Shown one piece after another: positions 28,630-38,700 of a DNA stretch of 64,000 bases; the stretch's first letter is position 1; every line of letters starts with the position of its first letter. The position numbers were made by a program, and so were the translations under genes. The DNA is from Bacteroidales bacterium. GTDB taxonomy: Bacteria; Bacteroidota; Bacteroidia; Bacteroidales; VadinHA17. The stretch is from NCBI GenBank assembly GCA_036261255.1, contig DATALD010000073.1, forward strand, positions 12,653-76,652, in the 5' to 3' direction. A model generated the notes under the pieces. The model had not been told where the DNA came from and searched no databases. It was given only the letters and a program-made list of their open reading frames with translations.

Positions 28630-31600
28630 TTATGCTGAAGTGATCTCCAGATCAAGTTCATGCTCGGCGCCTGCTATCTTTTTTCTGATCTCTGCAAGTT
28701 TTATTTCCTGTAAAACTCTCTTATAATCATAAGGAATAACTTTTATGAACATTGGAAGATATTTTGCAGGATTGTCGAGAATAAGTTTTGCTTTACGGCT
28801 TCCTGTATAGTCGAAGTGCTTTTTAATCATGCTTGTCAATTCGCGCAGGTCTGAGCTCTCTTCAACAAGTGAGAGTTCCACCATACCCATATTGCAGTAA
28901 TAATCAAAATCACCATTTTCATTAAACACATAGGCAATGCCGCCACTCATACCTGCGGCAAAGTTGTTTCCGGTAGATCCAAGCACAACTACTCTTCCTC
29001 CGGTCATATATTCGCAGCAGTGGTTACCGGCCCCTTCTACAACTGCCATAGCCCCACTGTTCCTGACAGCAAAACGTTCACCAGCAACACCTGAGATGTA
29101 TATTTCTCCCCTTGTGGCGCCATAAAGAACAGTATTCCCGATTATTATGTTTTTGTCTGCCTCGAAAGCTGAACCAGACTGTGGTATAACGATTATCCTT
29201 CCTCCTGCAAGACCCTTGCCAAGGTAGTCGTTTGAATCACCTTCAAGATAAAGTTCAACCCCGGGCACAAGGAAAGCGCCGAAGCTTTGTCCTGCCGAAC
29301 CTTTAAACCTGCATTTTATTGTTCCATCGGGCAGACCTTCGCTTCCATATTTCTTTGTGATTTTGCCCGAAAGCATAGCTCCAACAGTCCTGTCGGTGTT
29401 GTGAAGTGTTTTATGAATGATTACCTGTTGTCTTTCCGCGATTGCCTTTTCTGCTTCTGCTATAAGTGTGTTGTCAAGTACATTGTCGATTATGTGTTTT
29501 TCTTTTGGCAATGAGCGTATGGGAAATATTGATGCTTCAGCAGGTTTTTCAATAATTGGCATGAGGTCAAGCTTCCTGATTTTCCAGTTGTCGATCTCAA
29601 AATTCCTTTCAAGGAGATCTGACCTGCCAATTATATCATCAAGTTTTGTAAAGCCCAGCTCAGCAATATACTCTCTTGTTTCTTCTGCAAGAAACCTGAA
29701 GAAGTTTACGAGGTAGTCAGCGTTACCTGTGAACCTCTTTCTTAACTCTTCATTTTGGGTTGCTACTCCGACAGGACATGTGTTAAGATGACATTTCCGC
29801 ATCATTATACAACCCATTACTACTAAAGAAGATGTTGCAAAGCCGAATTCTTCTGCTCCGAGCAAAGCTGCAACTATTATATCGCGACCAGTTTTAAGCT
29901 GCCCGTCAGCCTGGAGTTTTACTTTGCCGCGAAGATTGTTCATAACAAGAGTTTGCTGTGTTTCAGCTAAACCAAATTCAAGTGGCAGTCCAGCGTTTTT
30001 GATTGATGATGTGGGACTTGCACCTGTGCCTCCTTCGTAACCGCTTATTGTTATCAGGTCAGCTCCGGCTTTTGTTACTCCTGCTGCTATTGTTCCAACT
30101 CCTGTTTCAGAGACAAGCTTGACACTTATTCTTGCATCAGGATTTACATTTCGCATGTCGAATATTAACTGAGAAAGGTCTTCAATTGAATAGATATCAT
30201 GATGAGGCGGGGGAGAAATAAGTGTTATCCCAGGAATTGAATAACGGGTACGAGCAATAATGCTATCTACCTTATGGCCCGGAAGCTGTCCGCCTTCTCC
30301 CGGTTTAGCTCCCTGCCCGATCTTTATCTGTATCTCATCTGCATTTACTAGGTATTCTGTTGTTACACCGAACCTTCCGCTTGCGATCTGCTTTATGGCG
30401 CTTCGTACACTATCGCCATTTGGAAGCCTGATAAATCTTTGAGGATCTTCCCCTCCTTCGCCTGTGTTGCTTCTTCCTCCAATCCTGTTCATTGCTATCG
30501 CAAGTGTCTCATGAGCTTCCCTGCTTATCGATCCATACGACATAGCGCCAGTGACGAACCTTTTCATAATGTTTTCAGCAGGTTCAACTTCATTGAGCGG
30601 CTTCGGATTACTTTTTAGTTTCAGAAGACCCCTTATGAAACCCGGACTTGTTGTATCTGAATTAACCTTATTTGAGTATTCTTTGAATTTTGTATAGTCA
30701 GCAGTACGGGCGCTCCACTGCAACAAAGCAATAGTTTCCGGATTCCAGGCATGATGTTCTCCATATTTTCTGAAAGAATAAACACCCTGATTCACTATAC
30801 CGGCATTTCCGAATTCAGGAGCGAATGCATTTTGATGTGAAATTATGGCTTCCCGGGCAATTTCTTCAATACCAATTCCACTAAGCCTTGAGACAGTTCC
30901 TTTAAAATACTTTTCAATAACTTCATTGCCGATACCGACAGCTTCAAATATCTGCGAGGAACGGTAACTTCTCAGGGTGCTGATACCCATTTTTGACATT
31001 ATCTTAAGGAGTCCTTTATTTACAGAATTTATATAGTTCGTCTCTGCTTTTTGATAGTCTAATTGAATTGCCTTCTCTTTTATTAGTTTATCGATAACTG
31101 CAAAGCTCATATATGGATTTATGATGCTGGCACCGTAACCGAAAAGGAGGGCGAAATGCATTACTTCGCGAGGTTCTGCTGATTCGACAACAATATCGAT
31201 CTGCATTCTTTTCCTTTTATTAATAAGATGATGATGCACAGCTGAGACAGCAAGGAGGGAAGGAACAGGCGCCAGGTCTGCTGTTATACCCCTGTCGCTT
31301 AGAATTATATAATTTTTACCTTCATCAACTGCCTTTTCAGCATCGGCACAGAGACAATCGACAGCTTGCTTCAGGCCCTCTGAACCTTCTGAAGCTTTAA
31401 ACAGAAGCGACAGGACTGAGTTTGAAAAACCTTTATACTTCAGGTTTTTGACTATCTGAAAGCCAGTATTTGTTATAACAGGATTCCTGAATCTTACCAT
31501 CTTAACATGGGCAGGAGTCGTTTCAAGAAGGTTGTGCTGCAATGAGCCAATATGACCTGATAGTGTCATTACGAGCTCTTCGCGAATCGGATCAATAGGG

Positions 31601-33165
31601 GGATTTGTAACCTGTGCAAAAAGCTGCTTGAAATAACTGAATAACCTGTATGGTTTTGGAGACAGTACTGCAACAGGCACATCATTGCCCATCGACCCAA
31701 CAGGTTCCTTGCCTGTAGCAGCCATCTCTCCAATTATCTTGTCAGTATCCTCAAGTGAGTAACTGAAGCATTTTAGGTATTTGTCATAGTCATCAATATC
31801 TGGTTTCTCTGTATGGCCTGCCTCCATTTTCTCAAGCTTCACCATGTTCTTCTCGATCCAAAATTCGTAAGGATACTCGTTTGCGAGTTGTTCTTTCAGT
31901 TCCTTATCCCTGAATATCCTGCCTGTCTGAGTGTCAATCAAGAGCATTTTCCCCGGTCTAAGCCTGCCTTTTTCTTTAGTTTCTTCCGGAGAAAAAGTCT
32001 GAACGCCTGTTTCAGAGCCAAGAACGATAATATCATTATTTGTGATTGTGTAGCGCGATGGTCTCAACCCGTTTCGATCGAGCATACCACCAATATACCG
32101 TCCATCAGAAAATATCAGTGAGGCCGGGCCATCCCAGGGTTCCATGAAAGTTGAATGATACTTATAGAAAGCCCTCAACGCCGGAGGTATTGGATTCTTA
32201 TCATTTATCGATTCAGGCACCATTATTGACAAGGCATAAGGGATTGATTTTCCGCTCATAACAAGAAATTCGAGCACATTGTCGAGAGAAGCCGAATCGC
32301 TTTTACCAGGTTCAATAACAGGGTATAATCTCGAAAGATCGCCAAGCTTATCTGATTTTAGCAGCGACTCACGCGCTTCCATCCATAGCCTGTTGCCTTT
32401 AATTGTGTTAATCTCGCCATTATGCCCCAGCATCCTGAATGGTTGTGCAAGATCCCAGCTTGGAAATGTATTTGTGCTGAATCGCGAGTGGACAAGCGCT
32501 ATGGCGCTCAGCATTCTTACATCCCTGAGATCAGAGTAGTATTCACCGAGTTGTGTTGAAGTGAACATACCTTTATATATGAGCACCTTTGTTGAAAGAC
32601 TTGGAATATAGAAGAAATGTTTCTGTGTAAGATCGGAGTTGCGGATTTTATTCTCGGCAAGTTTCCTTATTATATACAGTTTTCTCTCGAAATCATCCTG
32701 GGGCATTTCGGCACCCAGCATAATCTGTATCATCCCCGGCTCTGCTGCTTTTGCTAATTCGCCAATGCAGCTGTTGTCTCTTGGTACTTCACGGAATGAC
32801 AGGAAGCTGACTCCTTCTTCCTTTATTATATTTAATAGTATTTCGAGGCATCTTTCTGCCTGGGCTTTATCTTGTGGCAGGAATATCAATCCCGTTCCAA
32901 ATTGACCTTCGGGAGGTACTGCATATCCCTGGATAAGATAAAAGTCGCGTGGTACCTGGATTAGTATTCCGGCGCCATCGCCAGACTTGCTGTCGGCTCC
33001 TTCTGCACCCCTGTGGATCATGTTACTGAGAACATCAAGTCCCTGCTTTATTATTGAATGTGATTTTTTGCCTTTCAGGTGTGCAACAAACCCAATGCCG
33101 CAACTACCATGTTCAAACTCGCTCCTGTACAACCCCGATTGAACGGGTCTTTCCTTTTTTATCAT
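28630..33165 (-). CDS. gltB: Glutamate synthase large subunit
   Basis: 1511 aa. Ntn amidotransferase start (SCGIGFVAH), FMN/Fe-S central domains, and the C-terminal GXGXG beta-helix domain. Confidence 0.97.
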   Translation of the reverse strand: MIKKERPVQSGLYRSEFEHGSCGIGFVAHLKGKKSHSIIKQGLDVLSNMIHRGAEGADSKSGDGAGILIQVPRDFYLIQGYAVPPEGQFGTGLIFLPQDKAQAERCLEILLNIIKEEGVSFLSFREVPRDNSCIGELAKAAEPGMIQIMLGAEMPQDDFERKLYIIRKLAENKIRNSDLTQKHFFYIPSLSTKVLIYKGMFTSTQLGEYYSDLRDVRMLSAIALVHSRFSTNTFPSWDLAQPFRMLGHNGEINTIKGNRLWMEARESLLKSDKLGDLSRLYPVIEPGKSDSASLDNVLEFLVMSGKSIPYALSIMVPESINDKNPIPPALRAFYKYHSTFMEPWDGPASLIFSDGRYIGGMLDRNGLRPSRYTITNNDIIVLGSETGVQTFSPEETKEKGRLRPGKMLLIDTQTGRIFRDKELKEQLANEYPYEFWIEKNMVKLEKMEAGHTEKPDIDDYDKYLKCFSYSLEDTDKIIGEMAATGKEPVGSMGNDVPVAVLSPKPYRLFSYFKQLFAQVTNPPIDPIREELVMTLSGHIGSLQHNLLETTPAHVKMVRFRNPVITNTGFQIVKNLKYKGFSNSVLSLLFKASEGSEGLKQAVDCLCADAEKAVDEGKNYIILSDRGITADLAPVPSLLAVSAVHHHLINKRKRMQIDIVVESAEPREVMHFALLFGYGASIINPYMSFAVIDKLIKEKAIQLDYQKAETNYINSVNKGLLKIMSKMGISTLRSYRSSQIFEAVGIGNEVIEKYFKGTVSRLSGIGIEEIAREAIISHQNAFAPEFGNAGIVNQGVYSFRKYGEHHAWNPETIALLQWSARTADYTKFKEYSNKVNSDTTSPGFIRGLLKLKSNPKPLNEVEPAENIMKRFVTGAMSYGSISREAHETLAIAMNRIGGRSNTGEGGEDPQRFIRLPNGDSVRSAIKQIASGRFGVTTEYLVNADEIQIKIGQGAKPGEGGQLPGHKVDSIIARTRYSIPGITLISPPPHHDIYSIEDLSQLIFDMRNVNPDARISVKLVSETGVGTIAAGVTKAGADLITISGYEGGTGASPTSSIKNAGLPLEFGLAETQQTLVMNNLRGKVKLQADGQLKTGRDIIVAALLGAEEFGFATSSLVVMGCIMMRKCHLNTCPVGVATQNEELRKRFTGNADYLVNFFRFLAEETREYIAELGFTKLDDIIGRSDLLERNFEIDNWKIRKLDLMPIIEKPAEASIFPIRSLPKEKHIIDNVLDNTLIAEAEKAIAERQQVIIHKTLHNTDRTVGAMLSGKITKKYGSEGLPDGTIKCRFKGSAGQSFGAFLVPGVELYLEGDSNDYLGKGLAGGRIIVIPQSGSAFEADKNIIIGNTVLYGATRGEIYISGVAGERFAVRNSGAMAVVEGAGNHCCEYMTGGRVVVLGSTGNNFAAGMSGGIAYVFNENGDFDYYCNMGMVELSLVEESSDLRELTSMIKKHFDYTGSRKAKLILDNPAKYLPMFIKVIPYDYKRVLQEIKLAEIRKKIAGAEHELDLEITSA

Positions 33166-33206
33166 TTGTTTAAAATTATATTAACGTCATATTTATAGTA
33201 AGTATC

Positions 33207-33242
33207 AAAAAAGCCGTTCTCATTATTTCCTGGAGAACGGCT
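33207..33242 (-). terminator. Orphan intrinsic-terminator-like hairpin inside the gltB 5' leader
   Basis: Perfect 10-bp stem agccgttctc (33212-33221) / gagaacggct (33233-33242) with an 11-nt loop. The plus-strand A run 33207-33212 becomes a U tract on the minus strand. It ends ~40 nt upstream of the gltB ATG, and there is no upstream minus-strand gene for it to terminate. Confidence 0.6.
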
Positions 33243-33352
33243 GATCCTTTAATTTCAATCAAACTCATTCTCAGCAACTGAAAAGATTAATCCTCGCACC
33301 CTTCTTTAAAATATTTACAATTAAAAAGCTCATTTCGATAATTAATATTTGG

Positions 33353-33360
33353 CAAATATA
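33353..33360 (-). promoter_or_regulatory. Candidate -7 box (TATATTTG on minus strand) for the gltB leader
   Basis: Plus-strand caaatata is the reverse complement of TAnnTTTG. A possible -33 TTTG (plus caaa at 33384-33387) sits at a slightly long spacing. The implied leader is ~180 nt. Confidence 0.25.
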
Positions 33361-33658
33361 CATTAATACTTTAAAAATATAACCAAAAGCATAAATAATA
33401 TAATAAATATGTATGTTAAAGTTAATTGATGGTAAAATTTTTAGTAGCTGAGAGGGAGTATAAAGTTTAAAAAATGTTAAACGGGCATCACGATTGTTCA
33501 ACAGATCAGTATTTTATTATATTTGCTTCGGTTAGCAGAAAAAATGAAATTTTATTTCCTGTTTGAGGGTATTACCTGCAGATCAAGGGTGAAAAAATCA
33601 AGTGGAACCCGGTTGCGAAATCAGGTATAATCCCTTGAAAATGTTTAATGCAGCTATA

Positions 33659-33666
33659 TACTTTTG
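33659..33666 (+). promoter_or_regulatory. Candidate -7 box (TACTTTTG) for the pilus-like operon
   Basis: Matches TAnnTTTG, 65 bp upstream of the ATG at 33731. A cTTG sits 21 bp further upstream. Confidence 0.3.
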
Positions 33667-33730
33667 CTTTGATGAATTGGTTTGGTTTTTTCAAAATTGG
33701 CAATGATTATTAACAATAAATTTTATTAAG

Positions 33731-34255
33731 ATGAAAAATGTTACAAAACACCTTGCACTTACGATTCTCGGGTTTGCATTCTCAATTGCTGCTTTCGGAC
33801 AGAATACAGCAACAGCTACTGCTGCTTCTTCAGCATTAATTTATGCGCCAATAGCAATTTCCAGTGATGCTGACATGAACTTTGGAACTGTTGTGGCAAA
33901 CAGCACTACTGCAGGATCAGTGTTATTGGCTACAACAGGTGTCAGAACACCTACAACGGTTACAGTACTGGCTTCAGGGGCTGGAGCAGCTGCCCATTTT
34001 AATGTAACAGGAAATCCAAGTACGACTTTTGCCATTTCATTCGATAATGCAACCATTACACTTACTGAAACTGTGAGTGGTACTGAAACTATGACAGTAG
34101 GAACTTTTGCCCATGATGAGGGTGCTACACCAACCCTTTCTGCCACTGGTACAGCAGACTTTTATGTTGGTGGTACTTTAAATGTAGGTGCAAACCAGGC
34201 TCCAGGACTTTATGAAAATGCTTCGGATCTTAGTGTTACAGTAAACTACAATTAG
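33731..34255 (+). CDS. Secreted pilin-like subunit 1 (spore-coat-U/CsuA-B-like, DUF4402-like), probable major subunit
   Basis: Signal peptide ...IAAFGQ, an Ala/Thr-alternating N-terminal stretch (NTATATAASSALIYAPIAI), the MNFGTV motif, and the C-terminal APGLYENASDLSVTVNYN. Thr/Ala/Gly-rich with no Cys. Confidence 0.65.
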   Translation: MKNVTKHLALTILGFAFSIAAFGQNTATATAASSALIYAPIAISSDADMNFGTVVANSTTAGSVLLATTGVRTPTTVTVLASGAGAAAHFNVTGNPSTTFAISFDNATITLTETVSGTETMTVGTFAHDEGATPTLSATGTADFYVGGTLNVGANQAPGLYENASDLSVTVNYN

Positions 34256-34274
34256 TACCTTTAATAATATAATA

Positions 34275-34805
34275 ATGAATAGGCTGAAAATAAAATTTTT
34301 CTGTCTTGTCTTATTATTGCCCGGATCTTTAACCCTTGTTGCACAGGTTAATCCGTCTGCAACAGCTACGGGTAGCGTATTTGCCGAGGTTATCCCGGTA
34401 TTCACAGCGATAGAAACATCGCAGTTGAATTTTGGAAAATTCTCTCCGGGGTCACTGGGTGGGGAAATCATCCTTACCCCAGAGGGAACAATTTCCGTTA
34501 TGGGGAGTGTACACCAGGGCACGGGTCTCTATAACCCGGGTAGTTTTTACATCTCTGGTGATCCGGATTCGTTTTTTACAATTACACTTCCTGCCACGGA
34601 GGTCAAGTTGCAGCATTCCATGAGTGATAAGACAATGACACTTGATAATTGGATGTCTACACCAGGGGTAGGAGTCGGGGAAGGTATTCTTAAAGAAGGA
34701 GAGCAGACGGTATATATAGGTGCAACGCTTAAGGTTGGGCCTATTTATGATAATCCGGTAGGAGTATATTCCGGAACATATACAGTAACATTTGATTTTA
34801 ATTAA
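34275..34805 (+). CDS. Secreted pilin-like subunit 2 (DUF4402-like paralog)
   Basis: Signal peptide ...TLVAQ, SATATGSVFAEVIPVFTAI, the LNFGKF motif, and the C-terminal NPVGVYSGTYTVTFDFN. Confidence 0.65.
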   Translation: MNRLKIKFFCLVLLLPGSLTLVAQVNPSATATGSVFAEVIPVFTAIETSQLNFGKFSPGSLGGEIILTPEGTISVMGSVHQGTGLYNPGSFYISGDPDSFFTITLPATEVKLQHSMSDKTMTLDNWMSTPGVGVGEGILKEGEQTVYIGATLKVGPIYDNPVGVYSGTYTVTFDFN

Positions 34806-35666
34806 ATGCAAATGATCAACCCAAAGAAACTGTCTTTTGCACAATCTGGATTCAGATTTGTTGCCGCCGTGACCTTTATTATTTCTGGTTTGCAGTCGCT
34901 CGATGCCCAGGGCGATCTTTTGATTACCCCGGGCCGAATTGTACTCCAGGGTTCTAAGAGAAGTGTTGACATGAACCTTGCAAATACAGGGAAAGATTCT
35001 GCAACTTATGCTATTTCTCTTGTCCAAATGAGGATGACGGAGGATGGAAGGTTTGAAACAATTACAGAGCCAGATCCGGATCAGATGTTTGCGAGCGATT
35101 ATTTAAGGTTCTTCCCGCGATCGGTAACGCTAGCACCTTCTGAGTCACAGACAGTGAAGGTACAGCTTAATAGAACAAGCCAGCTTGCACCTGGAGAATA
35201 CCGGTCACACTTTTATTTCAGGGCAATCCCAAAACCTGTTGCTTTAGGTACAGCTGAAAAGAGGGATACAAATGCAATATCAATAGTTATTAAACCGGTT
35301 TTTGGTATAACAGTTCCTGCTATAGTAAGGATTGGTGAATCTACGACAAGAGTTAGTATAACCGATCTGGCATTAACCACCAAGAACGATAATCCTGTTT
35401 GTTCGATGACGTTTAATCGTTCGGGTAATTTTTCTGTTTACGGAGATCTGGCAATATTCCATATATCTCCTGATGGTAAACAGACTAAGGTTGGTGTTGC
35501 AAACGGGCTGGCAATATATACACCTAATCCTAAACGAACTTTCATGCTTAATCTGAGTAAGGGTGAAGGTGTGGATTATACAAAGGGCACTATCAGGGTG
35601 ACATTTTCGGCGCCATCGGATGTTAAAGCCGAGCGGTATGCAGAAGCGGAGATTAATCTTAATTAA
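34806..35666 (+). CDS. PapD-like periplasmic pilus chaperone (Csu-type)
   Basis: Signal peptide. LLITPGRIVLQGSKRSVDMNLANTGKDSATYAISLVQMRMTEDG...FFPRSVTLAPSESQTVKVQL...GEYRSHFYFRAIP, then a second beta-rich domain. It starts immediately after the subunit 2 stop. Confidence 0.6.
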   Translation: MQMINPKKLSFAQSGFRFVAAVTFIISGLQSLDAQGDLLITPGRIVLQGSKRSVDMNLANTGKDSATYAISLVQMRMTEDGRFETITEPDPDQMFASDYLRFFPRSVTLAPSESQTVKVQLNRTSQLAPGEYRSHFYFRAIPKPVALGTAEKRDTNAISIVIKPVFGITVPAIVRIGESTTRVSITDLALTTKNDNPVCSMTFNRSGNFSVYGDLAIFHISPDGKQTKVGVANGLAIYTPNPKRTFMLNLSKGEGVDYTKGTIRVTFSAPSDVKAERYAEAEINLN

Positions 35667-35717
35667 CGGCATAAAAGAGTTTATACCGGATAATTTTAAT
35701 ACAGTTTAATTTCTACT

Positions 35718-38700
35718 ATGAAGGCAGTTAATGAAATATTGAAAAGCGTTTTTCTTAACTGTCTGGGAACTTTATACGATATTAAATTCTGCCTGAGGCT
35801 TCCTTTTTTTCTGATCTTTCTTGCTTTTGGAGCCAAGGGAATTTCTCAACCAATAGAGTTTACTTCAAATGGCTCATTTACGGTTCCGCAAGGCGTTACA
35901 ACAATCATTGTAGAATGTTGGGGCGCAGGAGGCGCCGGTGGGGGAAATCCTTCAAATGCTGATGGTGGTGGTGGAGGCGGTGGCGGTGCATACGCCAGAT
36001 CTGCACTAATTGTTATTCCAGGAACTTCATATGATATTGCAGTCGGAGCCGGAGGTATAGGCTCAAACGGCAATGGTACCAGTGGTGGTGATACCTGGTT
36101 TGGTACGCCGGCATTGGTTTTAGCTAAAGGAGGGTCATTTGGCAGTCAGGTATCTTCCAATCTACCAGGAGCGGGTGGAAGTGGAGGTTTGTCATCGGAA
36201 TCATTTGGCGATGTTGTTTTTAGCGGTGGTAATGGAGGAAGAGGAAGAGATAATAGCACTGGTAGAGGAGGCCCGGGAGGATCATCAGCAGGGATAAATG
36301 CTAATGGAACTTCTGGCAGTGATCCATATCTAACGACTACTGCAGGCGCAGCGCCTGAAGATGGAGGAATGGGAGGCGACGGGGGAGCCGCTGGGAGTAA
36401 TGGAGGCGCTGGTAACGTTCCGGGGGGAGGAGGCGGTGGTTCAGGTGATGGCAACAGAATAGGAGGCGATGGCGCCGATGGATTCGTTAGAATCACCTGG
36501 CCATCAAAGCTTATAACTTCATCAGGAAATTTCACAATTCCTGCAGGAGTTGATCATATTACTATCGAAGCATGGGGCGGTGGCGGTGCAGGTGGGGCTG
36601 CCACCGGGAATCCAGCAGCCGGAGGAGGAGGAGCTGGAGGCGCATACGCATTTAAACATTTAGATGTTGTTCCCAGTTCAATACATTATGTGACAATAGG
36701 AGCAGGAGGAACAGGCGGTGCTGGCGCAGGCCCGTCGGGTGGAGGATCATCCTTTTCTTCAACTTCAACTATTTTTGCACAGGGAGGCGCCGGAGGAGGC
36801 CTTGCCAGTGCTAATAGTTCAAATGGAGCTGGAGGAGTGGCATCATCTACATCTTCAATTGGAGACTTCGTTTTTAAAGGTGGGAATGGAGCGACAGGAG
36901 TTTACAGTACAACTGTTGGATACGGAGGATCTGGAGGGAGCGGTGCAGGTTCAACAGGTATTGGAAATAATGCTGTTGGCCAGACAGGGGGAGCTTATAA
37001 ACCATTGAATGGTGGAGCTGGTGCAAATGGGCCAGTAGGTTCGGCTGTCGGTTCAGCTGGCTCACCTTATGGAGGTGGAGGTTCTGGCGGGCACGCTGGC
37101 AATAATACTAACAGAAATGGTGGATCCGGAGCCAATGGGTGTGTAATCGTATCGTGGGAGACACCTGTTTTTTATTATAATGGATCCGGTAATATATCAA
37201 CACCCGGTAGCTGGAGGACTGTAAAAAACTATCCGGCTGCAAATTTTACTGATGATTATCAGACATTCATTATTGAGTCAGGATCCGAAGCTGTAACCAG
37301 CGGCGCCGGATGGACTGTTTCAGGTATTTATACTAAAGTGATTGTCAGAGGTACCCTTACTGAAACTCAGGGTTCTCCTGTTTCTCTATCTTCAAATACT
37401 ATGCTTGTTATTGATGATGGCGGAATATTGAATCATAATAACAATTCTCTTTCAATTTTTGGAGGAGCCCGGGTTATATCAGGTTCTTCAACCGTGAACT
37501 ATGGAATGATTGGCAATCAGACAGTGTTGGATGCAGGATATGGTAATCTTACATTGTCAGGATCAGGCTTGAAAACAATCAATAACACTATTGTAGATGG
37601 TGTGTTATCAATGGAAGGAACTGCTTCCGTATCTGCTCCTGTGACTTATGGCGCTAATGCAACATTACAGTATAAAAGCAACCAACCACAAACTACCGGA
37701 CCTGAATTTTCATCACCATTCAATTATTCCGGTGGTGTCATCTTTGATAATTCTGCAGGAGTAAGTTTGTCAGGAAACTGTACTGTTGGTGGCTCTATAA
37801 CAATGAAGCAGGGGAATATATCCACCGGAGCATTTGCATTGTATCTTTCAAATAATTCACCATCCTCGCTCATCCGTATTTCAGGAACAATCATTGGGAA
37901 ATTTACGAGAAATGTGAGTGAGATAAGTGCTGATTACCTTTTCCCTGTTGGTACAACAGACTACTACCGTGGTGCAACACTCAATTTTTCAATTCTTTCA
38001 GCAGCAACAGATATTACTTCTACTTTTGATGAGTCTTTACCCGGTTCATTAATCCCTCCTTATTCTGACGGAGCAGAAAGCCTTAATAATCTATTCACAG
38101 AAGGTTTCTGGCGATTTAATAATACCGGCATTATTACAGGTACTTACTCAGCTTCACTAACTTCAAATAACTTTACAAGTTATTATTTTGATGAAACTTC
38201 AAGAATTTCTTGCCGCACTAATAATAATCCTACATGGAGGTCTAATGGCTCGCATGGATCAATATCAGGAGCTATCATAACTCGTACTGGTCTCAACATC
38301 TTTAATAATACTTCCTTTGATTTTGCTATTGCTACCTGCGATCAGAAGGTTACTGAAGGTGGATATGCTTTTGTGAAAACCATTACAATCGATCATACGA
38401 AGGTAGCTGGAAGTTCAGACCTCTTCAATTTCCCAGTTATGATAAGCTTTTCCGGACAGGATTTTCTTAAAAACACCCCTGCCGGAAGGATATCGAACCC
38501 TAATGGATGGGACATTGGATTTACAGATATTGACAATAACAAGCTTGATTATCAGATCGAGTATTTTAATGGCACAAATGGCGACCTTATTGCATGGGTT
38601 CGCATCCCTATTTTGTCGAGATCTTCGAACACTGTAATTCAAATGGTTTATGGAGATCCGGCTGTAATAACCGACCCTTCGGTCAACACTGTATGGGATA

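Noticed and set aside
33271-33501. 76-aa minus-strand ORF in the gltB upstream region
   Set aside because: It is an Ile/Tyr/Phe/Asn-rich product of AT-rich intergenic DNA. The region is better explained as promoter and leader sequence. Only its last 20 codons were considered, and not favoured, as a leader peptide.
33841-35027. Minus-strand ORFs of 101, 114 and 191 aa across the pilin-like and chaperone genes
   Set aside because: They are antisense to a tightly packed, motif-supported operon. They have no signal peptide or motif of their own.
35846-36535. Two Pro-rich minus-strand ORFs (75 and 129 aa)
   Set aside because: They are a mirror image of the GGN glycine codons of the giant gene (NCC gives Pro). 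They are an artefact of the glycine-rich modules.
35850-37160. Twin glycine-rich modules as a diversity-generating retroelement target or template pair
   Set aside because: There is no reverse transcriptase anywhere in the window. The two modules are diverged at the protein level rather than differing only at adenine-templated positions.
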